Assembly (NCBI RefSeq): GCF_963506605.1
Contig: NC_083292.1
Coordinates: forward strand, 34,534,001 to 34,598,000
From: Zootoca vivipara
Taxonomy: Eukaryota
Direction of reading: 5' to 3'
DNA: 64,000 nt
Made by a program: the position numbers and the translations under genes. The notes beneath the pieces were generated by a model. It did not search any database and was not told where the DNA came from. It was given only the letters and a program-made list of their open reading frames with translations. Below, piece by piece: positions 24,699-38,127 of this stretch (the stretch's first letter is position 1; each line of letters opens with the position of its first letter).

Positions 24699-25059
24699 TT
24701 GTCCTCTGGGGCCAAGGCCTGAGCATCAGAAATTGGCGAGGGCTCCCCGAGTGGTTCAGTAATATACGTTTGGCTCACTGGAAAGGGATGAGCTCATTTC
24801 AAGAGTGGGAGATGATTCTGTAAACCAGACATTCTGCACTCCTGTTCACCTGCCGCCGCCTAAAAAACAGAGATTGTCTCTTATTTGTCTTGCCACATCC
24901 TTTTGAGTGCCTTCCACAATATTCTCCTGGGATATGACTTCATCTTTGACTCAGGCTTCGTCTGCCATCCTCTTTCATCCACCCTGTTCTCTCCCCCCCC
25001 CCTCTCCAAAAAACAACCACCACCACCTTAGTGCTGAGTTGTCTGGGTAGACTTAAGAA

Positions 25060-25294
25060 CATGGGTAGGCAAACTAAGACCCGGGGGCCGGATCCAGCCC
25101 AATTACCGTCTAAATCCAACCCGTGGACGGTCCGGGAATCAGCGTGTTTTTACATGAGTAGAATGTGCGCTTTTATTTAAAATGCATCTCTGGGTTATTT
25201 GTGGGGCATAGGAATTCGTTCACCCCCCCCCCCAAAAAAATAGTCTAGCCACCCACAAGGTCAGAGGGACAGTGAAAAAGTTTGCTGCCCCCTG
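25060..25294. mobile_element. hAT MITE
   Basis: TIR catgggtaggcaaact / agtttgctgccccctg; 8-bp TSD cttaagaa. Confidence 0.75.
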
Positions 25295-25391
25295 CTTAAG
25301 AACATAACATAAGAACATCAGAAGAGGCCTACTAGATCTTGCCAACTAGTCCAGCATCCTGTTCTCACAGTGGCCAACCAGATGCCTCTAG

Positions 25392-25481
25392 CATAGCTGT
25401 CAAGTTTTCCCTTTTCTCGCGAGGAAGCCTATTCAGCATAAGGGAATTTCCCTTAAAAAGGGGGAGAACTTGACAGATATG
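25392..25481. mobile_element. 90-bp hAT MITE (copy 2)
   Basis: TIR as in copy 1; TSD gcctctag/gcctatag. Confidence 0.8.
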
Positions 25482-25513
25482 GCCTATAGGAAACCATCAA
25501 GCAGCAATGAAGC

Positions 25514-25846
25514 TGAAATATACTCAGAGTCAAAAGTGAATTTCATGCTCTTTATTCAGCCCGTAGTCATCAAGGAGAAGAAGAGAAGAATGCCCTTTTC
25601 CCAAAACCATCTGCTTATATACATTATTTACACAATGGGCTTTGAGTGATTGGCTACTTCAGGGCTACACCTGTGGGCCAATCAGTTTGTGGATTGACTT
25701 CTGCCAGCAGCCTGATTGGCTGCTCCTGCAGGCCAATCAGGTTGCGGATTCACTTCCACCTGGAGTTGGATTGGGTGGCTCCTGCGGACCAATCAGACTG
25801 CTGATTCTGGATCCTATTGTTCTATGATTCAGCTCAGTACATAACA
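25514..25846 (-). mobile_element. solo LTR (333 bp)
   Basis: TG...CA ends and a perfect 5-bp TSD gaagc. On the - strand: repeated CCAAT boxes, TATATAA (25615-25621), AATAAA (25551-25556). Confidence 0.85.
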
Positions 25847-26526
25847 GAAGCCCTCTGGTTTGCCTGGATTGGGGGTGATTTGCATGCATCATTGCTGCAC
25901 TGCACCGATTCTTGATTCTTGCCTCCGGTTGCACGTATCATTGGCATGCAGCCCCCAAAGGATTACTCACAGGGCACTGTGTCTCCCTTTGGCCGAAAAC
26001 AGCGCCCTATCCCCAGTTTAAAGGCACAAGAACATGGGAGAACCAACAGCAGAACGCAGCGCCCTCTTCTTCCAGCCCTGTCCTTCCTAAAACGCCACGC
26101 TCCAAATCTCCAATGTTTTAAGAAAGAGAGAGAGGATAGACACCCTGCGGGGCTCACAGATGCTCCTAAACTCCACGCGGCAACTTCTCTGATCCTGTGC
26201 TTGTTGCATTTAACTTGGCAAGAAGAGGGGAGTGGGAATCCACTCTGCGCATGCTCTGTGGCTCTCCTGGATTGCTTCCCCGTACATCCCGGGGGCTCAG
26301 CCAAAACTGGCATGAAAAGTCCCTAATTCTAGCCCTCCCTAGAACAGCCAGGGAGCTTCCTCAAAATCTGTTCCCCTGCTAGAGATCTTAGGCTGCTTGT
26401 GCCATCCTGGAGGGGATCCCGTCTGGATCATGAAACGGGATAGTGTGTCCCAGAAAACAGCGCCAAGATGGATTCTTGGATGCCCTGCTGTGACTTCTGC
26501 CTGGTGGAGCCAATCCCCAGTCTTTG

Positions 26527-27474
26527 CTACATCTCGTCTGCGTGCATTTGCTTTGTAGGGTCTTTCTCTGGCTTGGGCTTCCTGGCATTAGCTTCCTTGA
26601 CCTCGCTCGGTGACCCTGGATCAGACGTGTTGGCAATCATGGTCTCCCTGATGGTGTCAGGGTTACCGGCGGCTGCTGGGTCCCAGTCGCTGGCGCCGGG
26701 GTCCTCTTCCATTTGAACCCGGGGCGATTCTGGGCTGCGGGTGGTGGGAGACTCGTCCGGATCAGAAAAGCTGCCCTTGGTCAAGATGTGTCGGGAAATC
26801 ACTAAAGGAGATGAAAAAAAAGTGTGTTAGGAGTCTAAACCACTGAGCCTCTTGGGCTTGCCAATTGGGCTTGTCGGTGGTTTGAATCCCCGCAACGGAG
26901 TGAGCTTCTGTTGCTCTGTCCCAGCTCCTGCCAACCTAGCAATCCTAAAACAGTAGATAAATAGGTACCACTGTGGTGGGAAGGTAAAAGGTGTTTCCGT
27001 GCACTCTGGCTTCTGTCACGGTGTCCCGTTGCACCAGAAGCAGTTTAGTCATGCCGGCCACATGACCTGGAAAGCTGTCTGCGGGCAAACTCTGGCTCCC
27101 TTGGCCTGAAAGTGAGATGAGCGCCGCAACCCCATAGTCGCCTTTGACTGGACTTAACTGCCCAGGGGTCCTTTACCTTTTTACCCTATCTTATCAGAGA
27201 CACCATAGAATCATAGATTGCCTAGGTAGAAGAAGTGATTGACATTTTCCAACACTACACCATTGAGTTGGATTACTCCCGCCCGGGAACCAATGTCCCC
27301 ACTGTGGAGGGACGTGCGGGTCCAGAATTGGCCTCCACAGTCACTTACGAACTCATTGTTAAAACCGTGTTTATGGAAGACAATCTAACTCGGCTACGAG
27401 TGATCGCCAAAGAAGAAGAAGAATCATAGAATTGTGGAGTTGGAAGGGACCCCGATGATCATCTCTGTCCTCTC

Positions 27475-27533
<59 letters not shown>

Positions 27534-30500
27534 GTTCTTCCTCTCTCTGACACCCCCATCCCACTTTGCCCCCTTCCCAATGGTTACCTCCAGACGGCTT
27601 GTAGTCAGCCCGGCTAACCTGGGTCCCCCCAAGGAAGGAGCTGCAGTTGGGCAGGATGAGAAGCCCAAGGGAGAAGATGAGGATCTGGAAGCAGAAGGAG
27701 AGAAGGTCAATTTAAGCGCTGAAGAAGCCACATGGGTGTAAAAGCAGGGATACATAGCCTTTGGCCTTCTAGGTGGCTGTTATTGGACTACAGCTCCCAT
27801 CATGCCTCACCACTGCCCATGCTGGGAGCTGTTGCTGCTGGGAGATGGAGTGCATCTGGAGGGTAAACTGAGCGATCGTCACCATCAAATTCATTCATAA
27901 CGATTACTTGCTTCCCTCGCCAAAGTGACCCGAAGCAACTCCAGGACACAACATAAACATTAAAACCAATTTACAATAAAGACCCGTCTATAAGTGTAAC
28001 TGTAACTATAACTGTCCCATCACCTCCTGGCAAATAGAAGGGGAAGAAATGGAGGCAGTGAGAGATTTTACTTTCTTGGGTTCCATGATCACTGCAGATA
28101 GGGAAAGCAGTCACGAAATTAAAAGACGCCTGCTTCTTGGGAGAAAAGCAATGACAAATCTAGGCAGCATCTTAAAAAGCAGAGACATCACCTTGCCGAC
28201 AAAGGTCCGTATAGTTAAAGCTATGGTTTTCCCAGTAGTGATGTATGGAAGTGAGAGCTGGACCATAAAGAAGGCTGATCGTCGAAGAATTGATGCTTTT
28301 GAATTATGGTGCTGGAGGAGACTCTTGAGAGTCCCATGGACTGCAAGAAGATCAAACCTATCTATTCTTAAGGAAATCAGCCCTGAGTGCTCACTGGAAG
28401 GACAGATCCTGAAGCTGAGGCTCCACCACTCTGGCCACCTCATGAGAAGAGAAGACTCCCTGGAAAAGACCCTGATGTTGGGAAAGATTGAGGGCACAAG
28501 GAGAAGGGGATGACAGAGGACAAGATGGTTGGACAGTGTTCTCGAGGCTACCAACATGAGTTTGACCAAACTGTGGGAGGCAGTGGAAGACAGGAGTGCC
28601 TGTCATGCTCTGGTCCATGGGGGTAACGAAGAGTCGGACACGAATAAACAACTAAACAACAACAGCATACGTGTAAATACAAGACAGGCCTTGGGGATCC
28701 TGTCTCGACAAAGCCACATTCAAACCGAACCACGCCTTTATAAAGCCACCTTGAGCAGTCATGGCTTCCCCCAAAGGATTCTGGGAGCTGTCATTTCGTT
28801 AAGGGGGCTAAGAGCGGTTAAGGAGACACCCCACCTCCATTCCCCTCCCAGAGCAACAATTCTTAGAGTTCCCTGGGGAGAAGAGGGGTTGGTTCCCCCC
28901 CTTTTTAAACCACTCCAGGGAGGGGGAACACTGAAAAGGGCCTCCCACCCCTGTATTCTCTCTCTCCCCCAGAATTTTTGACACCCCCTCCAAGATTCAT
29001 CACTCCAAATCTGCACATCCACTGCAGTTCTCTTTTGAAAAATGATTTTGCCGCTGTTGAGTTTTATCGCCACTCATGACCACCCCCACTTTGCTCTCTC
29101 TCTCGCCCCCCCCCCATTTACCACGAGGCAAGTGCTGGTCTGGGCTGCCTTTGTGGACGTCTGTTTAATGAGTCCTTGTAGCTTCTGAAGCTGACCCAGC
29201 AGGGACCTGTAAGAAGAAATGTGTTTGAGTTCCCCATGTCCAGATCTGGAGCCGGAATGTTTGCCACATGCTGTGTGTGAAATCATTGCAGAATAGACAG
29301 GTCTATTGTCTATTGCTGCTGGCTAAATGGAACCTTCCCATCCAGAGGCAGTCAACCCTTTTTTTCCCCCAGCAGCGTTTTTGCTACTCTTGAACTCTGA
29401 CAATGCCTCTTACTACTTACTTGCCTGGAGGAAAGAGCTGTGTGTGACTAACCTTTACATTTCTCCACCTACTTTTGCCTCTGGCGCCCCAAAAACTGGC
29501 ATGTGGCCCCTGGAAGGTTGTGCATAAGGAAATGTGGCCCTTGGCTTGTGAGAAGGGTTCACAAACTCAGATATAAAATGCCAATGATGCTTTGCGCCTT
29601 TTATAAACAGAAATGCATTTACTGGTCTTCTGCCAATTGACTTTCGAGTGCAACTTTCCCAATGGACACTATCCTCTTGCCCGCTGGTGGCAAAAGGAAG
29701 GACCTTGCTTTCAGCAGGGCAGTGACAGACTTACATGTTGTGGGTCTCTAGTTCCTGTACTTTCTTCCGCAGTTCCTGGTTCTGCACGGAACAAGCTGCC
29801 ACCCTACCGAAGAAGGAACAAGGGGGAAAGCGGTTACATTTCCTCATCTATACATTTGTATTTTATCATATTTTTGTAAAACACACACAACCAAACAGCT
29901 CTCACGCACTGGGAAACTGTGCCACGGATTGCAAAGAGAGGTGAGTTGGTGATGTCACGGATGCTAGCCAATAGGCACCTTTCATGGTGGAGAAGATTCT
30001 CCCAACGTCGTTGAACCTCACCTCCCACAAGTCTCAGCAAAACATAGCCAATGGCCAGGGATAATGGGAGCTGGAGTCCAGCAACCTCCGGAGAACCACA
30101 AGTCCCATTATCCCTGACCTAGACACATGTCCCAGCCTATCAGGGATCATGTTAAATGCATTTGCAGAGATGTAAAGATGGGATGGAGAGGATGAAGGAT
30201 TTGATGCCCTTCCATGTCACCCAAAATTAGCTGCCTAAGGCCATGGCCTCACTCTGCCTCAAGGTAGTGCCGGCTGTCTTTATAGGCACATGTTGTGCTA
30301 GTACCAGCATATGGGTTTTTGTTAACCCGGCTGGAGAACCACATTGCAGACTTTAGAGAAATTTATTTTTATTAAAGATTTCTTGGTTTACAAAAGTATG
30401 TGCAATGTCTCTCTTTTCAAGTTACATTTTCTACAGATCAGTTCATTTGCTGAGACATTAGTGTTACGTTAGGAAGAAAAGGGGGGGAAGAGGTGGAGGG

Positions 30501-30691
30501 GGGAAATGGTGAGTGGGGTGGGGTTGGGTGGCAATGCTTCTATTCTACTTAGTGTATGTGTGGGGTTTTGTGTCAGCGTCACTTGTGTGGGTTCTCTTTA
30601 CTACAGTGGTACCTCCGATTACAAACACCTTGGATTACAAACACTTCGGGTTACAGACTCTGCTAACCCAGAAGTAGTAGTAGTAGTAGTA

Positions 30692-30723
<32 letters not shown>

Positions 30724-33700
30724 TGTTATTTATTTATTCCCCGCCCTCCCCGGTGAGAACAGGGCTCAGGGCGGCTGACATCAATAAAATTACAATAAAA
30801 CGTAAAAGAAAGAAAAACAATTGATTAAAATGCAGATTAAAATACAATTTAGATTTTTTTTCTTTTAAATGCAACCTCATTTTAAAATGGCCCAAATCAA
30901 AACCATAAGGGAGGAAAAACATAGGGGTCAGACTGGGTCCAGCCCAAAGGCCAGGCGGAACAGCTCTGTCTTGCAGGCCCTGCGGAAAGATGTCAAATCC
31001 TGCAGGGTCCTGGTCTCCTGTGAGAGAGCATTCCACCAAGTCGGGGCCAATACTGAAAAGGCCCTGGGCCCTCGTTGAGACCAATCTAGCCACCTTATGG
31101 CTCGAGATCTCCAAAATGTTGTTATTTGTGGACCTTAAGGTCCTCCGCGGGGCATACCAGGAGAGGCGGTCTGATAGGTACGAGGGTCCCAAGCCGCATA
31201 GGGCTTTTTAAAGGTCAAAACCAGCACCTTAAATCTGATCCTGTACTCTACCGGGAGCCAGTGCAGCTGGTAAAGCACTGGATGAATGCGATCCCACGGC
31301 AGGGACCCCGTAAGGAGCCTCGCCGCGGCATTCTGCACCCGCTGGAGTTTCTGGGTCAGCTTCAGGGGCAGCCCTGCGTAAAGCGAGTTTAAACCGGTTT
31401 AAAAACTTTACTTCAGGATGAGAACAGAAAAGCTAAAGTGGTACCTCAGGCTAAGAGCGATTTCAGGTTAAGAACGGACCTCCGGAACGAATTAAGTTCG
31501 TAACCAGAGGTACCACTGTATTCACTTGTATTCCTTTGGTGGTGAGAGAGGTTGGGGGTGGCTGTCTTTGATTGGCTGTGGTGAACTTTGTTTTCGTGTG
31601 CGAATTTCCTGAGTGGCTGGGAGTACAGGAAGGGGAATCTGGGATGCAAAATGGACATGGATCCCCAAGCCACAGACCCTGCTCTCACCGGCTCTCCAGC
31701 CCATCAATATATTCTTTCTTGCGTCGTCGGCTGTCCTGCGCCGACTGCTTGTTCCGGATTTTCCTCCGCACTTTTTTCAGGATCCGTTCCTCCGCCTGTT
31801 GAAGAAGGTGAGGGGCAAGAGAACCTTTTAGGTGCTCACAGAGCTTTGGCGCGAGCTTGAAGGTCACAGAATATAGTTCAGAAATCCCCAAACTATTTGC
31901 TGAGGAAAATATGCTTTTGAATTATATACCCAATACGTGGAACCTAACAAAGGGACAATATGAATGGACTCTCCGCACCCATACTGCAGCCAAAAGGACA
32001 GGTATTGATGAACTGGGAAAATAAATCTGCAGCTCCCTTCAACGATTGGATAGAATAGGCATCCCCAAACTGCGGCCCTCCAGATGTTTTGGCCTACAGC
32101 TCCCATGATCCCTAGCCAACAGGACCAGTGGTCAGGCATGATGGGAATTGTAGTCCAAAACATCTGGAGGGCCGAAGTTTGGGGATGCCTGGGATAGAAG
32201 GTATGTACATACTCACAGCACATGAACATATTTCATATACACATAGACAAATGTAATGATGTTTGGAATCCATTTCTATAAACATTGTATTAGGGTTGGA
32301 TCTACACACAGGAAAACCCCCATTATAAATAAGTCAGAAACTAAATTGTTATAACAAAAGAAAAAAACACTATGGAAAACCGCAAATGTTTTTTACTCTC
32401 CAGCGCCACCTGGTGTTGCATTTTTATAATGCATTCCAAACGCTGGTTTTTTTTTTTTTTTACTAATGTAGCTGAGTCCTAGGTTAAATGTAAGGTAACT
32501 ACAATAACAATCTAGTAATATCAATAAGTTCTGTTTTTGTTTTGTATAGGTGTTATCTCTCTCTTTTTCCTTTTCCTTCCCCCTCCCCTTTTCATGTCTT
32601 ATTTTACACTTACAATTGTATACACATTACTTTTGATCTTTCAGTAATCTATCTATATGTCCCTGAACTACACCTGAAAGTCATTGCTGGGCAAACATGA
32701 GTTAAGTGGGGTGACTGGGTGAGCCAGTGTGTCATGGCGGTTAGAATGTCAGACTTGGACCGGGGAGAGACCAGGGTTCAAATCCCCACTCGGCCATGAA
32801 CCTGGCTGGGTGTGACCTTGGGCCCAGCTACCGCCCATTGGCCTAACATACCTCTCAGGTTTGTTGTGGAAATTTAATGAGGAGGGGGGAGAACCAGGTA
32901 CACACCGCCACCGAGCTCCTTGGAGGAAAATGACGGGATATAAATGCAACAAATAAATAAAATTTGGGGTAGAACTTTGCACGATTCTTAGTGCACCTTT
33001 GAGCTCAGATTTTGTGGTTTTCACATTTTAGACACTTGTCAGGGAGGAGGATGGGGACAAGACTCCCATTGCTTGGCTCCGCCTCTCATTGATTCTAGCC
33101 CTGCCTCCCGGGAGTCTCCATGCCTTCCACTCCCCAGTCCCAATGGGTGACAGTGCCTGGTGGCTAAAGAAATCTTAATGTAGCATTAAAAAGAGATAAA
33201 AGCCACATGCACTTATTATTATTTTTTAAAAAAATAAAAAATAACCCAATGAAAGCTACCACACTGGATGAAATCCGTGCACATCACGACTGGTTTCCAT
33301 TCCTTCTGGGATGGGGGAAATGTCTCTGCTGGCTTCTCCAGCCACGTACCTTGGTGAGGGGGAGGTCAGAGCACAACAAGACCCCTTCCTCGCTCAGGAG
33401 CCGCTTCTCCTCCTCTGTCAAGTAGAGGCCCTGGAGCCGCAGTGACTCGAAAGGATCCTGCCCCGCCGCAGAGGAAGAGAGTGTTAGCTGCCTTGTGGCC
33501 ACCACTTTGCAAATCACCCTCTCTTGGGGAGATACTTCTTTGGGGACCTGCTTCGTTTCACAAATGGGGCCCTATTGCCTCATCAGCCAGGATTCTCGTC
33601 TGCTGTCTGGATTGGCCGGAAAAGAGGGCCCCTAAGCATGTGCAGAGTGTGCCATGATGGCATTTTGGGTGTCAATGTGGAAACAGCACAGGACTCATCA

Positions 33701-36700
33701 ACAGGCCTTGCGTGATTTAGGAGTTATGAATAGGGGTCAGGCTCCATTCTGCTATCCCTGCTAAACTGGTGGTGGTGGTTAGAGGGAGGTAGCGGGCTAT
33801 GTGCTAGCGCCCCCCTGTGGCAAAAGGAAGGAGCCAACTAGCCGAATATGGAAGCTGAATAAGAGCTGTCATGTAACAGTCCCCGAGCCCTATAAAAACT
33901 TCTAGTATGCTCATGGCTCTCAACAATGCTTGTGCTGTCATACATCCACTCTTGTCCCTTGATATGACATCATCTGTGTGCGACAGCTGGCATTTTGCAG
34001 AGTCTAGTAGAGTCTAGCAGTGAGTCAGAGGCTGCAGAGTTGCCAGCTAAGGAGCCATGGCAGATATCTGACTCCAAACCTGATGTTGGAGACCTGAGCC
34101 CCATTAAGCCCATGGCTGCCAGATCAAGGCCCTCTGGACCAGATCCCATGGGCCCCAGGACCCGTGTGGTCACATCCAGGACCCTTGCAGGTGATTCCCC
34201 CTAGGCCTGAGGAACCGTCTGCCTCCCAATCAACCTCATAGGTCTGGGTGAGAGCCCAGAAGATGTGCCAGTCTGGAGGAATATGGTACCTCTCACAAAG
34301 GGAGAAAGGTACTCAAAAGGCCTCAGGCCACCTCTTTCCTTTGTGAGAGCCAAGTGGCTCACTCAGAGCTGTCTGCGGTGCTGAAAGCCATGTGGGTACA
34401 GCCTAGGAGAGGTGGATGGGAGGAAGTGGCTCAAAAGGCCTCTGTCTACTTCTAGCCTTTGTGGGAGCCAAGTATGTCTCTTGGAGCTGTCTGTGGTGCT
34501 GAAACACCTAACCTGCATTTTTTTTCCACATGCGCCTCTGGAAGGCCAGGCCAGACCAGAGCTCCATCCACACTATACATGCAAAGCTGTACAGTTGAAA
34601 CTCGGAAAATTAGAATATCGTCAAAAAGTGCATTTATTTCAGTAAAGCAATTTAAAAGGTGAAACCAATATATGAGATAGATGCATGATATGCAAAGCAA
34701 GATATGTCAAGCCTTTATTTGTTGTAATTGTAATTATTTGTCTTTAGGTGGGTGAATTATAAATGGAATGTAATTAATGAAATGTAATAGCGATGTTTAT
34801 TTTTGTATTATTGCAACTATTTGTTTTATTACTGTGGAATTTCCAAAAGAAAGCATTTGTAAAAAAATAAAATAAAAAAATAATAAGTTGCATTACTGAA
34901 ATAAATGCACTTTTTGACGATATTCTAATTTTCCGAGTTTCACCTGTATCATCCCACTTTAAACAATCACGGTTTCCCCCAAAGAATATTGGGAAGTGTA
35001 GTTTGTTAAGGGTGATGAGAGTTGTTAGGAGACTCCTATTCCCTCCAGTGTGGTTTAACAATCAGGGAATTGTAGATGTGAGGAGCCTCTTAACAACTCA
35101 CAGCACCCTTAACAAACTACACTTCCCAATGTTCTTTGGGGGAAAAGCACGACTGTTTAAAGTGGGATGAAACAGCTTTGCACGCATAGTGCAAATTGGG
35201 CCCTGGACAGGACACCCCAGAAGATCAGTTCCGCTATTACTTACCTGGGGCATAGGAATGTCTTCCACGTTGGATCTGGTAACATTCTCCAAGAGCTCGA
35301 GTGACACTTCGCTCATAACACAGGCCTCAGGGAGTGTTGCTGGAGGTGTCCAGTTTTCTGGTGGGGAGGAACGAAAGAGGCCCGGGGCCAGTCAGAAAGG
35401 GGACAAGTTTGGCAGACGGACCTAGTCTAAATACCTCTAACGCTTTGCCCCAAACAGGGCTGCCTTTAGGTATTTTCTAAATGTCAGGTAGTTGTTTATC
35501 ACCTCTGATGGGAGGGTGTTCCACAGGGCGGGTGCCACTACTGAGAAGGCCCTCTGCCTGGTTCCCTGTAGCTTTGCTTCTCGCAATGAGGGAACCACCA
35601 GAAGGCCCTCAGCACTGGACCTCAGTGTCCGGGCAGAACGATGGGGGTGGAGACGCTCCTTCAGGTATACTGGACTGAGGCCGTTTAGGGCTTTAAAGGT
35701 CAGCACCAACACTTTGAATTGTGCTCGGAAACGTACTGGGAGCCAATGCAGGTCTTTCAAGACCGGTGTTATGTGGTCTTGTCAGCTGTTCCCAGTCACC
35801 AGTCTAGCTGCTGCATTCTGGATTAATTGTAGTTTCCGGGTCGCCTGCAAAGGTAGCCCCACATAGAGCGCATTGCAGTAGTCCAAGCGGGAGATAACCA
35901 GAGCATGCACCACTCTGGTGAGACAGTTCGCGGGCAGGTAGGGTCTCAGCCTGCGTACCAGATGGAGCTGATAGACAGCTGCCCTGGACACAGAATTGAC
36001 CTGCACCTCCATGGACAGCTGTGAGTCCAAAATGACTCCCAGGCTGCGCACCTGGTCTTTCAGGGGCACAGTTACCCTATTCAGGACCAGGGAGTCCTTC
36101 ACACCTGCCCGCCTCCTTGTCCCCCACAAACAGTACTTCTGTCTTGTCAGGATTCACTCTCATAATACTCATTCCGTCTTTATAAGAAATCAATCTTTCA
36201 GTGTGGCAGCACCAGCACTTTGCCTGGTGCCTTCTTTGCTGTACTCTTTTCAGTGCCTGCTAAAAACATTGTTCAGGCCAGCCTTTCTGGACATGCAGAA
36301 CACTGACATGTGTTTTCACCTGGTTTTTTAGCTTATTGTTGATTTTAATTATGTTAAATTGTTTTAAATCGGTTTTCTTGAGTACTAATTTCATTGTTTA
36401 ATTATTTTGCGAACCCCTTTGAGGTTTCCCTTTCACAGTCGAGCGGTATATCATTTTTTAATGAAATAAATAAATCGGGACCTGAGCCCATCAAAAACTC
36501 TCCCCAGTTGTAATTCCTGGCAACTGGCAGAGGTGGAACATAGCCACCGAAGAGCAGAGGTGGAACACAGCCACCGTGGCTAGCAGCCATTGATATAGCT
36601 TCATCCTCCTTGAATTTCTTGAATACAGCAGTGTGGTGTAGCGGTTAGAGCGTCAGACTAGGACCCGGGAGACCAGGGTTCGAATCACGACCTGTCCATG

Positions 36701-38065
36701 AAGCTCACCGGCTGTGATCTTGGGCCAGTTGCCACTTCTCAGCCTAACCTACCCCGCAGGGTTGCTATGGGCATTAAATGAGGAAGAGGAGGAGAGCCAA
36801 TGAACGCCATCTTTAGCTCCTTGGGGAAAGGGCGGGGAAAGAATGTAACGCAATGCAGTAAATGATAGAATCCTGCACACTTACCTAAGGGGTTGGAGAA
36901 GACAGGATCAGGCCCGGTCGCCTCCTCCACCATACCCATGTCACAAATAACCTCATAGATGACGGTGGCCGATAAGTCCGGGGGGCCGAGCTCACTCTGC
37001 ACAGGGGGGTCCGCGTGGGGATCGTCTGAGATCCCGCTGTCACTCTCTGGCGAGGCGACAGGGCTCCTCGATTCGTAGATGTCGTTTGGGTTAATCAGGA
37101 ATTGCAAAAGATCTTCTGTGTCGCTGCTACTCGGACGACCCTGCAGCACGAAAGGGGTTGGGTTGCTAGTACCTGCTTTGGAGTGCTTGTGTGTATCTGT
37201 CTCCCTTGGGGGTGTCAGGAGGGATGTTTGAACGAGAAATTTCAACCAGGGGTGGGGAGCTCTATCCTCCCCATTCCCCCCCCCCACACACCTGAGAAAG
37301 CTCAGTCAGTAGAACTGCCCCACATTGGGCATAGGATTCCTGCATTGCAGGGGTTGGCAACCCTTGCTGTCCCTTCCAATTCTATGATTCCCATCGGCCA
37401 ACTCCTGACAGATGATTGAGGCCACCCAGCTGTCTGTCGCCTGGCCTGTCCATCACAGCTCTGAAGTTGGAACATAAGCAGAGCCTGTTGGATCAGGGCA
37501 AAGGGGCCCATCGAGTCCAGCACCACTGTTCTCACAGTGGCCAACCCAATGGTAAACCACAAGCAGGATTCGAACCCAAGATCCCTCTCCCCTCCTGCGG
37601 CTTCCAGCAACTGGTATTCAGAAGCACTGCGGCCTCCAACTGTGGTTGGTAGCCATCAGTAGCCCTATCTCCCATGAAGGTTAGAATTTTTCTAGGTTTT
37701 AGTTAAATTTTTTATTTATACTTTTCAAGTTGATACATTTCACTAATTTTACCATCATTTTGACATTTCAAAACTTGACTTCCTTCCCCCTCTTTCTGTG
37801 GTCCCTTAAATTTATTACATCTTCTGCATATCCAAATTAACTTAAATTTGCTCATTTATTCATCTTCTTTAAATATGCACTCTTATGAAACTGCAGGTTT
37901 ATTACAATAGCCCTGACAATGTTTTTATCTGTTTACAATTTATCTGTAACTATTCAATAAACCATCTCTCTCTCTCTATATATATAGTTAAATATATATA
38001 GTTATATACATATATTATATATATAGCTATATATATATTAATATACCGTATATAGTAATATATAG

Positions 38066-38127
<62 letters not shown>

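Noticed and set aside
27235-27429. 64-aa ORF flanked by direct repeats as a possible retrocopy
   Set aside because: Another frame gives the RTE C2H2 terminus, and the GAA tail marks it as a LINE fragment.
32720-32800. tRNA-like A/B boxes as tRNA genes
   Set aside because: No cloverleaf; they are heads of multi-copy SINEs with A-rich tails.
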